Source: Bradymonadia bacterium (GTDB taxonomy: Bacteria > Myxococcota_A > Bradymonadia > UBA7976 > UBA1532). Taken from it: DNA of 64,000 nucleotides. The first letter of the stretch is position 1. Each line of letters begins with the position of its first letter. Location: NCBI GenBank assembly GCA_046290225.1, contig JBKAGE010000036.1:256001-320000 (forward strand), in the 5' to 3' direction. Positions 27,710 through 36,036 of this stretch are shown here, in pieces. A program made the translations under genes and the position numbers. The notes below the pieces were generated by a model. It was given only the letters and a program-made list of their open reading frames with translations, made no database searches and was not told where the DNA came from.

Positions 27710-30271
27710 TTACTGACGGAGCAGCTCGTCGAGGTTGAACTGGCCAGCGCCGATGAAGCTGTCGCTGCCCCGGGTGTAGATGCGGGTGCGGATGTCGTCG
27801 TAATCCCAGCGGTGATCCTTCTCGATGTTGAAGTCCACCAGCAGCTCGATGTTCTCGGGCTTGGTCATCCACATCAGCGAGTAGCCGATCACGAACTCGC
27901 GGTTCTCGCCGATGCGGCTGGCCTCTTCCCGCATGTTCTCGAAGAGCGTGCCCACGATGGCGCCCTTACGCTCAGCGATGGTGGCCAGCTCGGCGTCACG
28001 GGGACGATCGGGATCGATGAGGAGCAGCTGAGCGTGGCCGCCGAGGGTGTCGCCGGCGTAGGTGAGCTCGCTGAGGCGATCGAGGCGGGTAAAGGCCTTG
28101 GCGTGCTCGTCGTACACCGTGACGATCTCGGCCATGCGCTTCTGCAGATCGCGCCAGAACGAATCGGGCACCCGATCCTCGGGATCGTACTCGTCATCGC
28201 GATCGAGGCGCATCATGGCGAGCACGTTGCTCATGGCCTCGGCGAACTCTTCGGTGCGGGCATCGCCCTGGCCGAGCATGTCGTGGAGGGCGGCGTCGGA
28301 GAAGCGCACCTGGGTGAGGAACCGGCCCTCAGGGCCGTTGGCGCTCCAGTTGTTGGCGTCGGCCTGGCCCGAGACGGCGAGCTTCACCTCGTTGAGGCGA
28401 CGGGCGATGTCGAAGCTGGAGGTGAAGGCGGGGTCGAAGCCGTCGACGAGCCACCGGGAGGAGGCGTAGTCGAAGCCCTCCCAGGCGCGGGTCACGAAGG
28501 CCTGGAACTGCGAGGTGCTGGGCAGACGCGCGTGGCACGCCTCCCACTCGTCGTCGTCGTACCCCTTGGAGTTCTCGGCGTCGTCGCCGGCACCCGGAGC
28601 ACCACCACAGTGGGTGTTGGTGAAGTCGAAGAGCCCGTTCGCCGCAGGGTTCACGTGATCGAAGAGGCCGGAGAAGCCCACGAAGTAACCCAAGAGGGGA
28701 TCGAGGTGATCGAGCATGTCGTCGCGACCGAGGTAGTCATCGGTCTCACCGAGGGTCAGGCGGGCGTTGATCTCGGCGTCGACGAGCTCACCGTCTTCGG
28801 TGATGAGCGAGGTCACCTGGCGCCACTTGGACTGCTTCTCGTTCCAGAAGAGGCCGGACTCGCGCTCCAGCTCGCTGAAGAGCAGGGTCTGGCGCTGGCC
28901 ATCGGCGTCGATGGTCACGGTGCCTGTGTTGTAGTTCTTGCTGCGGAAGAAGTTCATGCTCAAGAAACGGAACCCGAGGTAGGTGGACTCGGAGCGGGCG
29001 TCCTTGGCGAGGTCGAGCTCCTGCACCACACCGGAGCGGGGGCGGTTGGCCAGGGCCTGGGCGAGGCGGATGTCACCCTTGAGGGCCTGATGCACAGCCT
29101 GCACCACGAACTCGTCGGCCCCATCGAGGTCGACGCGGAACCGGGCCACGGTCATGCGCGTGGACTCGGAGCCGCTGCTGGCGGTGGCCGAGAACACCGC
29201 GAGGCGCTTGTTGAGCTGCTTCTCGAGGGCCTTGGTGACAATGTCTTCGAGGTCGACGTTCACCGGGCCGAGATCGATGTCGAGATCCCAGTCGGAGAAG
29301 CCCTCGACGCCCCAGCCGCTGCGCAGGGCGAGGGAGAAGTGACGCAGGCGCTGCTTGCTCAGACCGACGTCGATCCAGGCCTCGCTGCCCTCGCCGCGGA
29401 TCAGCTGCACGTCGAGATCACCGGAGAGGCTCACTCGGGCACCCGCGCTCAGGCGGGCCGACAGGGTGACGAAGTCGGCGATGGTGCCGATCATGATGGG
29501 CATGCCCACCCCGAGGTTGAACCCGAGCACACCTTCGGCCTGCAGGGCGAAGCTCTCGCCGGGCACCATGCTCTTGATGTCTTCGATGCTGCGGGGGATC
29601 ACGTAGCCGCGGGCCTGCTGAAGCACCTTGAGGGGGTTCTGCCACACCGCGTCGAGGTTGTCGTCGTGGGGGGCGATGACGATGGCGGTGACCTTGGGGC
29701 TGATGTCGAAGCCCAGGGTGCCGAGCACGTCGCCCTGCTCGATGGACCAGCTCGGGGCGTAGCGACCCTCGAGCTTGAAGGCGCTCTCGGCAAAGACCGT
29801 GTAGTCAGTGTTGGCCAGCGTGTCACGGCGGAGAGCGTTCACCCGAGTGGCGAAGGCATGCTCGCCGAGGTTGGCCGTGAGACCCGCCTGCAGATCGTTG
29901 ATGTCCTGCTGTACGGTCTCGCCGAAGAGCTCACGCTCGCCCTCACCGTAGAAGCCGGTGTCTTCGAGCTTGAGGTTCACGTAATCGGTGCCGCCGAGCA
30001 GGTCGTTGAACTGGTCGGTGGCGAGGCCGGTGCCGAGGCTCACCAGATCGTTGAGATCGAGGGAGCGCATGTCGCTGTAGTAGTCTTTGACCCGGCTCAA
30101 GAAGCCGTCACACTTGCCCGTGGGGCAGGTTCCGGTGGAGCGACCCTCCTGAGCAGAGGCTTCGGGCTCGGGGCTCACCGACTCGGTGTCGGTGGCATCT
30201 GCACAAGCGGACACTGCAGTTGCCATGGCAATCGCAGCGGCCAGCCTCTTTCCCTGGAAATATGCGCTCAT
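27710..30271 (-). CDS. Large hypothetical lipoprotein with CPTGKCDG motif
   Basis: Start MSAYFQGKR; lipobox VSAC; GKxD motif after an acidic linker; strong codon bias in this frame. Confidence 0.75.
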   Translation of the reverse strand: MSAYFQGKRLAAAIAMATAVSACADATDTESVSPEPEASAQEGRSTGTCPTGKCDGFLSRVKDYYSDMRSLDLNDLVSLGTGLATDQFNDLLGGTDYVNLKLEDTGFYGEGERELFGETVQQDINDLQAGLTANLGEHAFATRVNALRRDTLANTDYTVFAESAFKLEGRYAPSWSIEQGDVLGTLGFDISPKVTAIVIAPHDDNLDAVWQNPLKVLQQARGYVIPRSIEDIKSMVPGESFALQAEGVLGFNLGVGMPIMIGTIADFVTLSARLSAGARVSLSGDLDVQLIRGEGSEAWIDVGLSKQRLRHFSLALRSGWGVEGFSDWDLDIDLGPVNVDLEDIVTKALEKQLNKRLAVFSATASSGSESTRMTVARFRVDLDGADEFVVQAVHQALKGDIRLAQALANRPRSGVVQELDLAKDARSESTYLGFRFLSMNFFRSKNYNTGTVTIDADGQRQTLLFSELERESGLFWNEKQSKWRQVTSLITEDGELVDAEINARLTLGETDDYLGRDDMLDHLDPLLGYFVGFSGLFDHVNPAANGLFDFTNTHCGGAPGAGDDAENSKGYDDDEWEACHARLPSTSQFQAFVTRAWEGFDYASSRWLVDGFDPAFTSSFDIARRLNEVKLAVSGQADANNWSANGPEGRFLTQVRFSDAALHDMLGQGDARTEEFAEAMSNVLAMMRLDRDDEYDPEDRVPDSFWRDLQKRMAEIVTVYDEHAKAFTRLDRLSELTYAGDTLGGHAQLLLIDPDRPRDAELATIAERKGAIVGTLFENMREEASRIGENREFVIGYSLMWMTKPENIELLVDFNIEKDHRWDYDDIRTRIYTRGSDSFIGAGQFNLDELLRQ

Positions 30272-30343
30272 CGGGTCTCCCTCATCGTGCGGCCGGTGTT
30301 CGCAGGAATATATCAGCACTTTGCGTACCAAGGGAGTACCTAC

Positions 30344-30961
30344 ATGCCCCGACACAAAGAGGTGCGTTGCGACGCCTTCGGTGAAGATCCCCTCGCCCTC
30401 TTCGAGCGCTGGTTCGACGAAGCGCGCGCTGCAGGTGTGGCACAACCCGAAGCCATGACCCTGGCCACGGTAGAGCCCGACGGCAGGCCCTCGGCCCGCA
30501 TGGTCTTGATGAAGGGCATCAGTGACGCCGGTGCGGTGTTCTTCACCGATCGGGAGAGCCGAAAAGGCCGCGCCCTCGGCGCTCACCCCCGGGCAGCGCT
30601 GGTGTTCTGGTGGCCGGCGATTCAGAAGCAGGTGCGCATCGAAGGGCAGGTCAACCTGCTCGACGACGACGAGAGCACGGCGTACTTCCAGAGTCGCCCT
30701 CGAGGCAGCCAGCTCAGCGCCTGGGCCAGCGCTCAGAGCAACGTCATCGGTGGTCGGGAGGCTCTACAGGCCGCACGGGCGAACGTCGAGGCGCGCTTCG
30801 AGGGCGTCGATCCCCTGCCCCGCCCACCGCGCTGGGGTGGATACGTCGTGGCCCTCGAGCGGGTAGAGTTCTGGGTGGGGCAACCTGATCGCCTGCACGA
30901 CCGCCTGGTCTTTCATCGCAGCGGCCCAGGGCGCTACATCGCCGAGCGGCTCGCCCCCTGA
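30344..30961 (+). CDS. pdxH: Pyridoxine/pyridoxamine 5'-phosphate oxidase
   Basis: DPLALFERW, AMTLATV..DGRPSARMVLMK, SRKG, QVRIEG, YFQSRPRGSQLSAWAS.QS, EFW.G...RLHDR, ERLAP. Confidence 0.95.
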   Translation: MPRHKEVRCDAFGEDPLALFERWFDEARAAGVAQPEAMTLATVEPDGRPSARMVLMKGISDAGAVFFTDRESRKGRALGAHPRAALVFWWPAIQKQVRIEGQVNLLDDDESTAYFQSRPRGSQLSAWASAQSNVIGGREALQAARANVEARFEGVDPLPRPPRWGGYVVALERVEFWVGQPDRLHDRLVFHRSGPGRYIAERLAP

Positions 30962-32052
30962 GCGGGCTCACCCTGCTCGGACTCGTGGCGCAAGGCCAGC
31001 TGGCCGCAAGCGCCGTCTACCCCTCGACCTCGGGGCCACCGCACCGTGACCAGCAACCCGGCCTCTTTCATGCGACGGCTCGCCGAGAGTACCTCCTCGT
31101 CTGTGGGGGCCCGAAAGGGGCTCTGGGGGAACGGGTTGAACGGGATCAAGTTCACCACGGCCTTGAGATCGGCGCCCCATCGACCCAGGGCCTCGATCTC
31201 TGCATCAGTGTCGTTCACCCCCGGGAGCACCACATACTCCAGCATCATCATGCGTGAGGCCCGCAGCGGGTAGTTCAGCAGTGCCTCTTTCAGCGTCGCC
31301 AGGGGGTAGCGTTTCGCCAGGGGGATGATCTGCTGGCGGGTCTCGTCGGTGCCCGCGTGCAGGCTGAGCGCGAGCTGCACCCGGCCCTGGAACGCTTCGG
31401 TGAGGTAGGCCATCTTCGGCACCACCCCTACTGTGGAGACGGTGATATGACGCGCTTTGAGCGAGAGCCCTGCGGGATCGAGCATCACCTGCAGCGCGTC
31501 TCTCACCGCAGGCCACGCCTGCAGCGGCTCGCCCATGCCCATAAAGACCACGTTGGTGAGCTGCCCGCCGAGCTCACGGGCTCGACGACGGGCCGCGTGC
31601 ACCTGGGCGACGATCTCCCCAGACGTGAGGTTGCGCATGAGCCCCAGCGTCGCCGTGGCGCAGAAGGTGCAGCCCATGGCGCAGCCCACCTGGCTGCTCA
31701 CGCACACGGTGAAGCGGCCGGGCTTTGTAGGGATCAACACCCCTTCGATCTGCGCCCCGTCTTCGAGGGTGAACAGCATCTTCTCCACCCCCTCCGCAGG
31801 GCCATCGGGGGTCTCGGTCGTCGAAGAGGTCTGCACCTGAGCCGGGGTGAGCACGGTCTGGCGGGTGTGGGCCTGCAGACGGCCCTGGATGCGATGCCCC
31901 AGATCAGGGATCGCCTGTAGGGGCAGGTTTCGCTTGTGCAGCCCCCCGAAGATCCTCAGTGCGTGGTGGGCTGGCACCCCCATCTGTGGCAACCGCTCGG
32001 CGAGCTGTTGACGGGGAGTGCCCGTCAAATCGACCGTGGACATGTTCATCAA
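30934..32052 (-). CDS. rlmN: Dual-specificity RNA methyltransferase RlmN (radical SAM)
   Basis: CVSSQVGCAMGCTFC, NVVFMGMGEP, SLHA, NLIPFN, GACGQL. Confidence 0.92.
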   Translation of the reverse strand: MMNMSTVDLTGTPRQQLAERLPQMGVPAHHALRIFGGLHKRNLPLQAIPDLGHRIQGRLQAHTRQTVLTPAQVQTSSTTETPDGPAEGVEKMLFTLEDGAQIEGVLIPTKPGRFTVCVSSQVGCAMGCTFCATATLGLMRNLTSGEIVAQVHAARRRARELGGQLTNVVFMGMGEPLQAWPAVRDALQVMLDPAGLSLKARHITVSTVGVVPKMAYLTEAFQGRVQLALSLHAGTDETRQQIIPLAKRYPLATLKEALLNYPLRASRMMMLEYVVLPGVNDTDAEIEALGRWGADLKAVVNLIPFNPFPQSPFRAPTDEEVLSASRRMKEAGLLVTVRWPRGRGVDGACGQLALRHESEQGEPAQGASRSAM

Positions 32053-32738
32053 TCGATCCCCAGGGAGAGGCTGCTCCCTTCGAAACGGCTCGCCCGAGTC
32101 AGGGTGAGCACCGCCTCCTCCGACATGCCCACGGATTGTATTTCGAGGACCACAGCCGAAGCAGAGCCCTTCCAGATGCGCCGGCCATCCGCGTCGGTTT
32201 CAGGCTCGCCCACCCCAGGGAGCCACCGCGCCACAAAGGCGTCGGCCCCGCCTGTCTCGATCTCGGCGCGGAGGATCACCTTGAACAGCCCCTCGCCATC
32301 GAGGTGCAGGTGACCCCTCCAGGTGCGCCCCTGCCAGGGGATGTCGTCAGAGGGCAAAAAGACCATCTGACCGCCCTTGATCAGACGGCGTACCTTCTTG
32401 CTCGACCCCGCTGAGCGCCTCAACGTGGAGATGGCCTTGTAGAGCGCCCTGGTGTCAGCGCCCCATGCAAAGGCGCCGAGGCTCTCGCTGGTCAGCAGAT
32501 TCGATTTGGGTGAAGCGGCGTCGTCTTTCTGTGGAGCGGCCGCTTGGGCATCCTCGGCCTTCACCTTGGGGCTGGTGCCCTCGGACGTGTTCCCGGCGGT
32601 GCCTTTGGCGCCCCCTTCGGGGCCACTCTTGAGGTTCACCTTCAGCGGGGGATCAGCGTGGACCGGCTCGGTCGAAAGACAGAGTGCCCCGGCGCTGAAG
32701 CTCAGGACAACAAGGGCGGTGGGGAGGGTATGGGGCAT
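32049..32738 (-). CDS. Secreted hypothetical protein
   Basis: Signal peptide ending VHA-D; low-complexity linker; overlaps rlmN start. Confidence 0.6.
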   Translation of the reverse strand: MPHTLPTALVVLSFSAGALCLSTEPVHADPPLKVNLKSGPEGGAKGTAGNTSEGTSPKVKAEDAQAAAPQKDDAASPKSNLLTSESLGAFAWGADTRALYKAISTLRRSAGSSKKVRRLIKGGQMVFLPSDDIPWQGRTWRGHLHLDGEGLFKVILRAEIETGGADAFVARWLPGVGEPETDADGRRIWKGSASAVVLEIQSVGMSEEAVLTLTRASRFEGSSLSLGID

Positions 32739-32761
32739 GGCTCGCTCACAATCACGACGGA

Positions 32762-33073
32762 TCAGGCGGCCATTTTATCCTTTCGGCGCCCCAGGAAGAA
32801 GAGCACCACGGCGAGACCGCCGAGACCACCCATTGCGGGGCCGGCGTAATCGAGGCCCAACTTGAAGGTGTCCTCCCAGCGCGTCTCGATGACCGGATCG
32901 CCGAAATCATCGAGCTTGGGGTTCCCCTTCTCGTCTTTCACGGGCTCGGTGACCTTCTTCTGGGTCAGGGTGGCCATGCGCGGGGCCCATTCGGGCTCGG
33001 TCTGTGCGTGGGCCAACCAGGTCCCGAGCACAGCGAAAGATCCGAGCAGGCAGAGTGCGGCGAGCTTTTTCAC
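32762..33073 (-). CDS. Small membrane protein (signal/TM + C-terminal TM)
   Basis: Overlaps yceI stop; hydrophobic ends with basic tail RRKDK. Confidence 0.6.
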   Translation of the reverse strand: MKKLAALCLLGSFAVLGTWLAHAQTEPEWAPRMATLTQKKVTEPVKDEKGNPKLDDFGDPVIETRWEDTFKLGLDYAGPAMGGLGGLAVVLFFLGRRKDKMAA

Positions 33074-33657
33074 TTGGCCACGCCCTTCAGAGCACCCTTG
33101 ATCTGGATCGTCTCGCCGACCTTCTTGCCGACGACGCCGTCCTTGCCCTTCACCTGGTAGTCGGCGAGCTTCACCTCGAAGGTGGCCTCCACCTTCACCT
33201 TGTCACCCTTCCACTTCACCGTGACGGGGGTGGTCATGGGGGTGGTCACACCGTGCAGGGTGAACTTGCCGGTGGCGTGCAGGGTGGCGATCTTCACCTC
33301 GCCCTTGGCCTCGGTGCCCTTCACCTCGGCCTTCTCGATCTCGAAGGTGATGTTGGGGAACTTCTCGGCGTCGAGCCACTCTGCAGAGCGCAGGTGCTCG
33401 TCACGGGTGTCGTTGCCGGTCTTCATGCTGGCCACGGGCACGGTGAGAGTGCCCTTGGTGGCGGCGAGGTTGTCGAAGTCGGTCTCGACGGTGCCCTTCA
33501 CCTCAGGCGCGGTGCCGAAGATCTTCTCGAGGGGGGCGTCGCTGACGAACTCGAACTGCCCGGCGAGGTCCACCTTCTTAGGCGCGGCGCTGGCCACGGT
33601 GGCACCGAGGGTGAGCGCACAGAACAGAGCGGACATGATGCGGGTACGGCGGGACAT
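33070..33657 (-). CDS. YceI-family periplasmic polyisoprenoid-binding protein
   Basis: Signal peptide; S.KTGNDTRDEHLRSAEWLDAEKFPNITF; GKFTLHGVT. Confidence 0.93.
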   Translation of the reverse strand: MSRRTRIMSALFCALTLGATVASAAPKKVDLAGQFEFVSDAPLEKIFGTAPEVKGTVETDFDNLAATKGTLTVPVASMKTGNDTRDEHLRSAEWLDAEKFPNITFEIEKAEVKGTEAKGEVKIATLHATGKFTLHGVTTPMTTPVTVKWKGDKVKVEATFEVKLADYQVKGKDGVVGKKVGETIQIKGALKGVAK

Positions 33658-33701
33658 GATCGTCTCCTCCAGAGGTCGGTCGGGGCGAAAGTGACCCGAC
33701 G

Positions 33702-35039
33702 TCAGTAGAACAAATGAAGCTGTACGGTGGATTGCCCGAACTTGAAGGCGTCGGTCTCCACGTACCGGTACTCAGGGCGAACTTCGACGAAGGGCAACGG
33801 GAACCATTCGAGGCCGGCGACATATTGTGTCGTCGCGAAGGTGGTGCCGTTGAAGTCAGCGTCCCCAACTTCTGCACGGGCGTTGGCCACGAGCCAGTCC
33901 CAGAAGGCATAGCTCGCCATCACCGAGACCGTCTGAGTGGTGATCTCAAGTTCGGTCATCGGGATCTCCGCCGTGCGACTGGATCGCGAAAGCTCAGCCT
34001 GGAGAGTGGCGCCGAAGTCACTGCCCACACCAGCAAAGTAGTGCTCGAGACGGTAGTCACCGCTGGCGAACACCGATGCCCCGAGCCACCCGTTGAGGGT
34101 GAATGATGTCGGCGTCTTCGGCTCGGCGTCGAAGTCATCGAAGTCGTCGAACCCGTCGCCCTCCTCTTCGCCTCCGAAGGTGAACCGCTTCTGGGGCAGC
34201 CATTGCAGCCGGCCCAGGTAGGCCATATCTCCGATGTCAGCCGTCGTGGAAGACCCATTGAGCAAGTCATCGAGGTTGGTGGCGTCGTACACACCCACGT
34301 CGGCCCTCAGCCACGAGATGGGCTGATATGACAGCTCGCCGCCCAGCTCGGCATAGTTCGTGGGCACCAGGGGCTGGCGCTGGCCGTGGCTGCGGCTGAG
34401 GATGGTGTGATCATCGTGACGGATGCCGATGGAGGGCACGATCATACCCGCTCGAACCGTGGGCAAATCCGGGCTCGGGGCCGCCACCACCTCAGCGGTG
34501 TAACAGCTCATGCCGGGCCAGGTGTCCTGACAGGCAGTGTCATCATCATCCGCCCACAGACCCTCGTCGAAGCTGTAGCTGGCGGAGAGGGTGAGCCAGT
34601 CGGTGGGGTGCAGCGCCACATAGGGCTGCATCTGCATCCAGAACATCTCGAACTCGGGGGTGGCTGTGCCGCCCTGACCATCAGGGGTAGGCACTCCGAG
34701 GCGCACACCCTGATAGCGCACGTCGGCGCCCACGGAGATGAGCTCGAAGAGCTGGTTGGTCTCCTGGTGATGGGCCGCGTCCAACCCCATGTCACCGAAG
34801 TTCAGGGTGGCCACCTTGTTCATCGAGGTGAACCCCAGCTCGTTGCGCATGCCTCCGCCGGAGGGTGACACGTGACACGTGGCGCACGGTGAGCCTGCGG
34901 TGAGTGACATACGCGGTAGAGCGTGTGCCTCCTGAGGTGTCCAGAGAGGGAAGGCGATCAAGATGCCCACGGTGAGGAGGGCGGCGCGGGTCCAGCGGCG
35001 GACGCCGGAACGCGAAACGCGAGCGAGAGCCATCGACAC
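33702..35039 (-). CDS. Monoheme c-type cytochrome fused to an outer-membrane beta-barrel
   Basis: Signal AHA-LPRMSLTAGSPCATCH; amphipathic strands; terminal VQLHLFY. Confidence 0.72.
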   Translation of the reverse strand: MSMALARVSRSGVRRWTRAALLTVGILIAFPLWTPQEAHALPRMSLTAGSPCATCHVSPSGGGMRNELGFTSMNKVATLNFGDMGLDAAHHQETNQLFELISVGADVRYQGVRLGVPTPDGQGGTATPEFEMFWMQMQPYVALHPTDWLTLSASYSFDEGLWADDDDTACQDTWPGMSCYTAEVVAAPSPDLPTVRAGMIVPSIGIRHDDHTILSRSHGQRQPLVPTNYAELGGELSYQPISWLRADVGVYDATNLDDLLNGSSTTADIGDMAYLGRLQWLPQKRFTFGGEEEGDGFDDFDDFDAEPKTPTSFTLNGWLGASVFASGDYRLEHYFAGVGSDFGATLQAELSRSSRTAEIPMTELEITTQTVSVMASYAFWDWLVANARAEVGDADFNGTTFATTQYVAGLEWFPLPFVEVRPEYRYVETDAFKFGQSTVQLHLFY

Positions 35040-35044
35040 TTCCT

Positions 35045-35893
35045 TTAGCGGTCAGGTGTGGCCAGGGCGATCTGCAGGGTCTCGGCGCCGATGTGGTGCC
35101 GAGAGAGGTAGAAGGGGCGGGTGTCGACGTGAAGCGCCATCTTTGTCCCCGGCGCCGGGCGCCGATCTCGGACCTCGAAGGCAGCGGGGCCAACAGCGGC
35201 TCGGCGAATGACGGCGAGCTCGTGGCCGCTCACGTTCACGGCGACGGCGCCGCCGACCACGTTGAGGGGCGCAAAGGCGGGATCATTCAAGTCGAGGGTC
35301 AGCTCATCGTCGAACACCTCGACGATGACAGGCACTGCGGCGAGAGCCTGAGACTCCCCCTCCGTCGAACCCACCTCGAGGACCCCCTCCCCCGTCTCGG
35401 CGTCGAAGGTCACGGGGTAGGCCACAAGGTCACGGGGCGAGGGGCCGCTCACCTGCTTGCCTTCAGTGTCGAAGATGGAGGCGTGGCAGTTGCACCAGAG
35501 GGTCATGGTGCCCGCGTCCCAAGAGCCGACACCGCCCTGAGCGAAGGGCGTCATGTCGCACATCTCGTGTGGGCAGATACGCTCGAGGGCCACTACCCGG
35601 GTGTCGTCGGCCCGAATCAGCAGAATGGCCAGCGGGCCAGCATCCACGGGCACCATACCGCCGGGCTCTGCGAGGGCGGCGTACGTCGCATCTGCCACGT
35701 TGAAGTTGATGCCCTCTGCAGGTGGTGGCCCGCCGGCATCTTTCAACTCGGAGATCGTACACCCGGGCAGCGCCGAAACCAGGGCCACAACACCGGCCCC
35801 TCCGAGCAGGCCCTTGAGGACCTCTCGTCGATTGGTGGCACATGAACCACCACAAGTAGAAGCAGATGCAGGAGGCTTCGGAGCTTTGGTCAT
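35045..35893 (-). CDS. Tat-exported Rieske [2Fe-2S] lipoprotein
   Basis: NRREVLK twin-Arg, lipobox LPGC, CPHEMC and CNCHASIFD, GPSPRDL. Confidence 0.9.
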   Translation of the reverse strand: MTKAPKPPASASTCGGSCATNRREVLKGLLGGAGVVALVSALPGCTISELKDAGGPPPAEGINFNVADATYAALAEPGGMVPVDAGPLAILLIRADDTRVVALERICPHEMCDMTPFAQGGVGSWDAGTMTLWCNCHASIFDTEGKQVSGPSPRDLVAYPVTFDAETGEGVLEVGSTEGESQALAAVPVIVEVFDDELTLDLNDPAFAPLNVVGGAVAVNVSGHELAVIRRAAVGPAAFEVRDRRPAPGTKMALHVDTRPFYLSRHHIGAETLQIALATPDR

Positions 35894-36036
35894 GAGAACC
35901 TCGTCGTCAACGACGCTGAAGGGTGTTGGTCTGGTGCAGTAGCCCCCTCCAGAGGGAGCGTCAAGGATTCCACCCTGGCTGTGGCGCCTTTGGTTCCCCA
36001 GTACGGACCTTCGACACAGGTGTTACAGACAAACCG

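Noticed and set aside
27812..30343. Apparent 1049-aa PdxH fusion
   Set aside because: The N-terminal 844 codons are antisense to the lipoprotein gene; PdxH homology starts at ATG 30344
30934..32052. Cfr resistance methyltransferase
   Set aside because: Motifs fit RlmN and there is no mobile context; a phylogeny would be needed to claim otherwise
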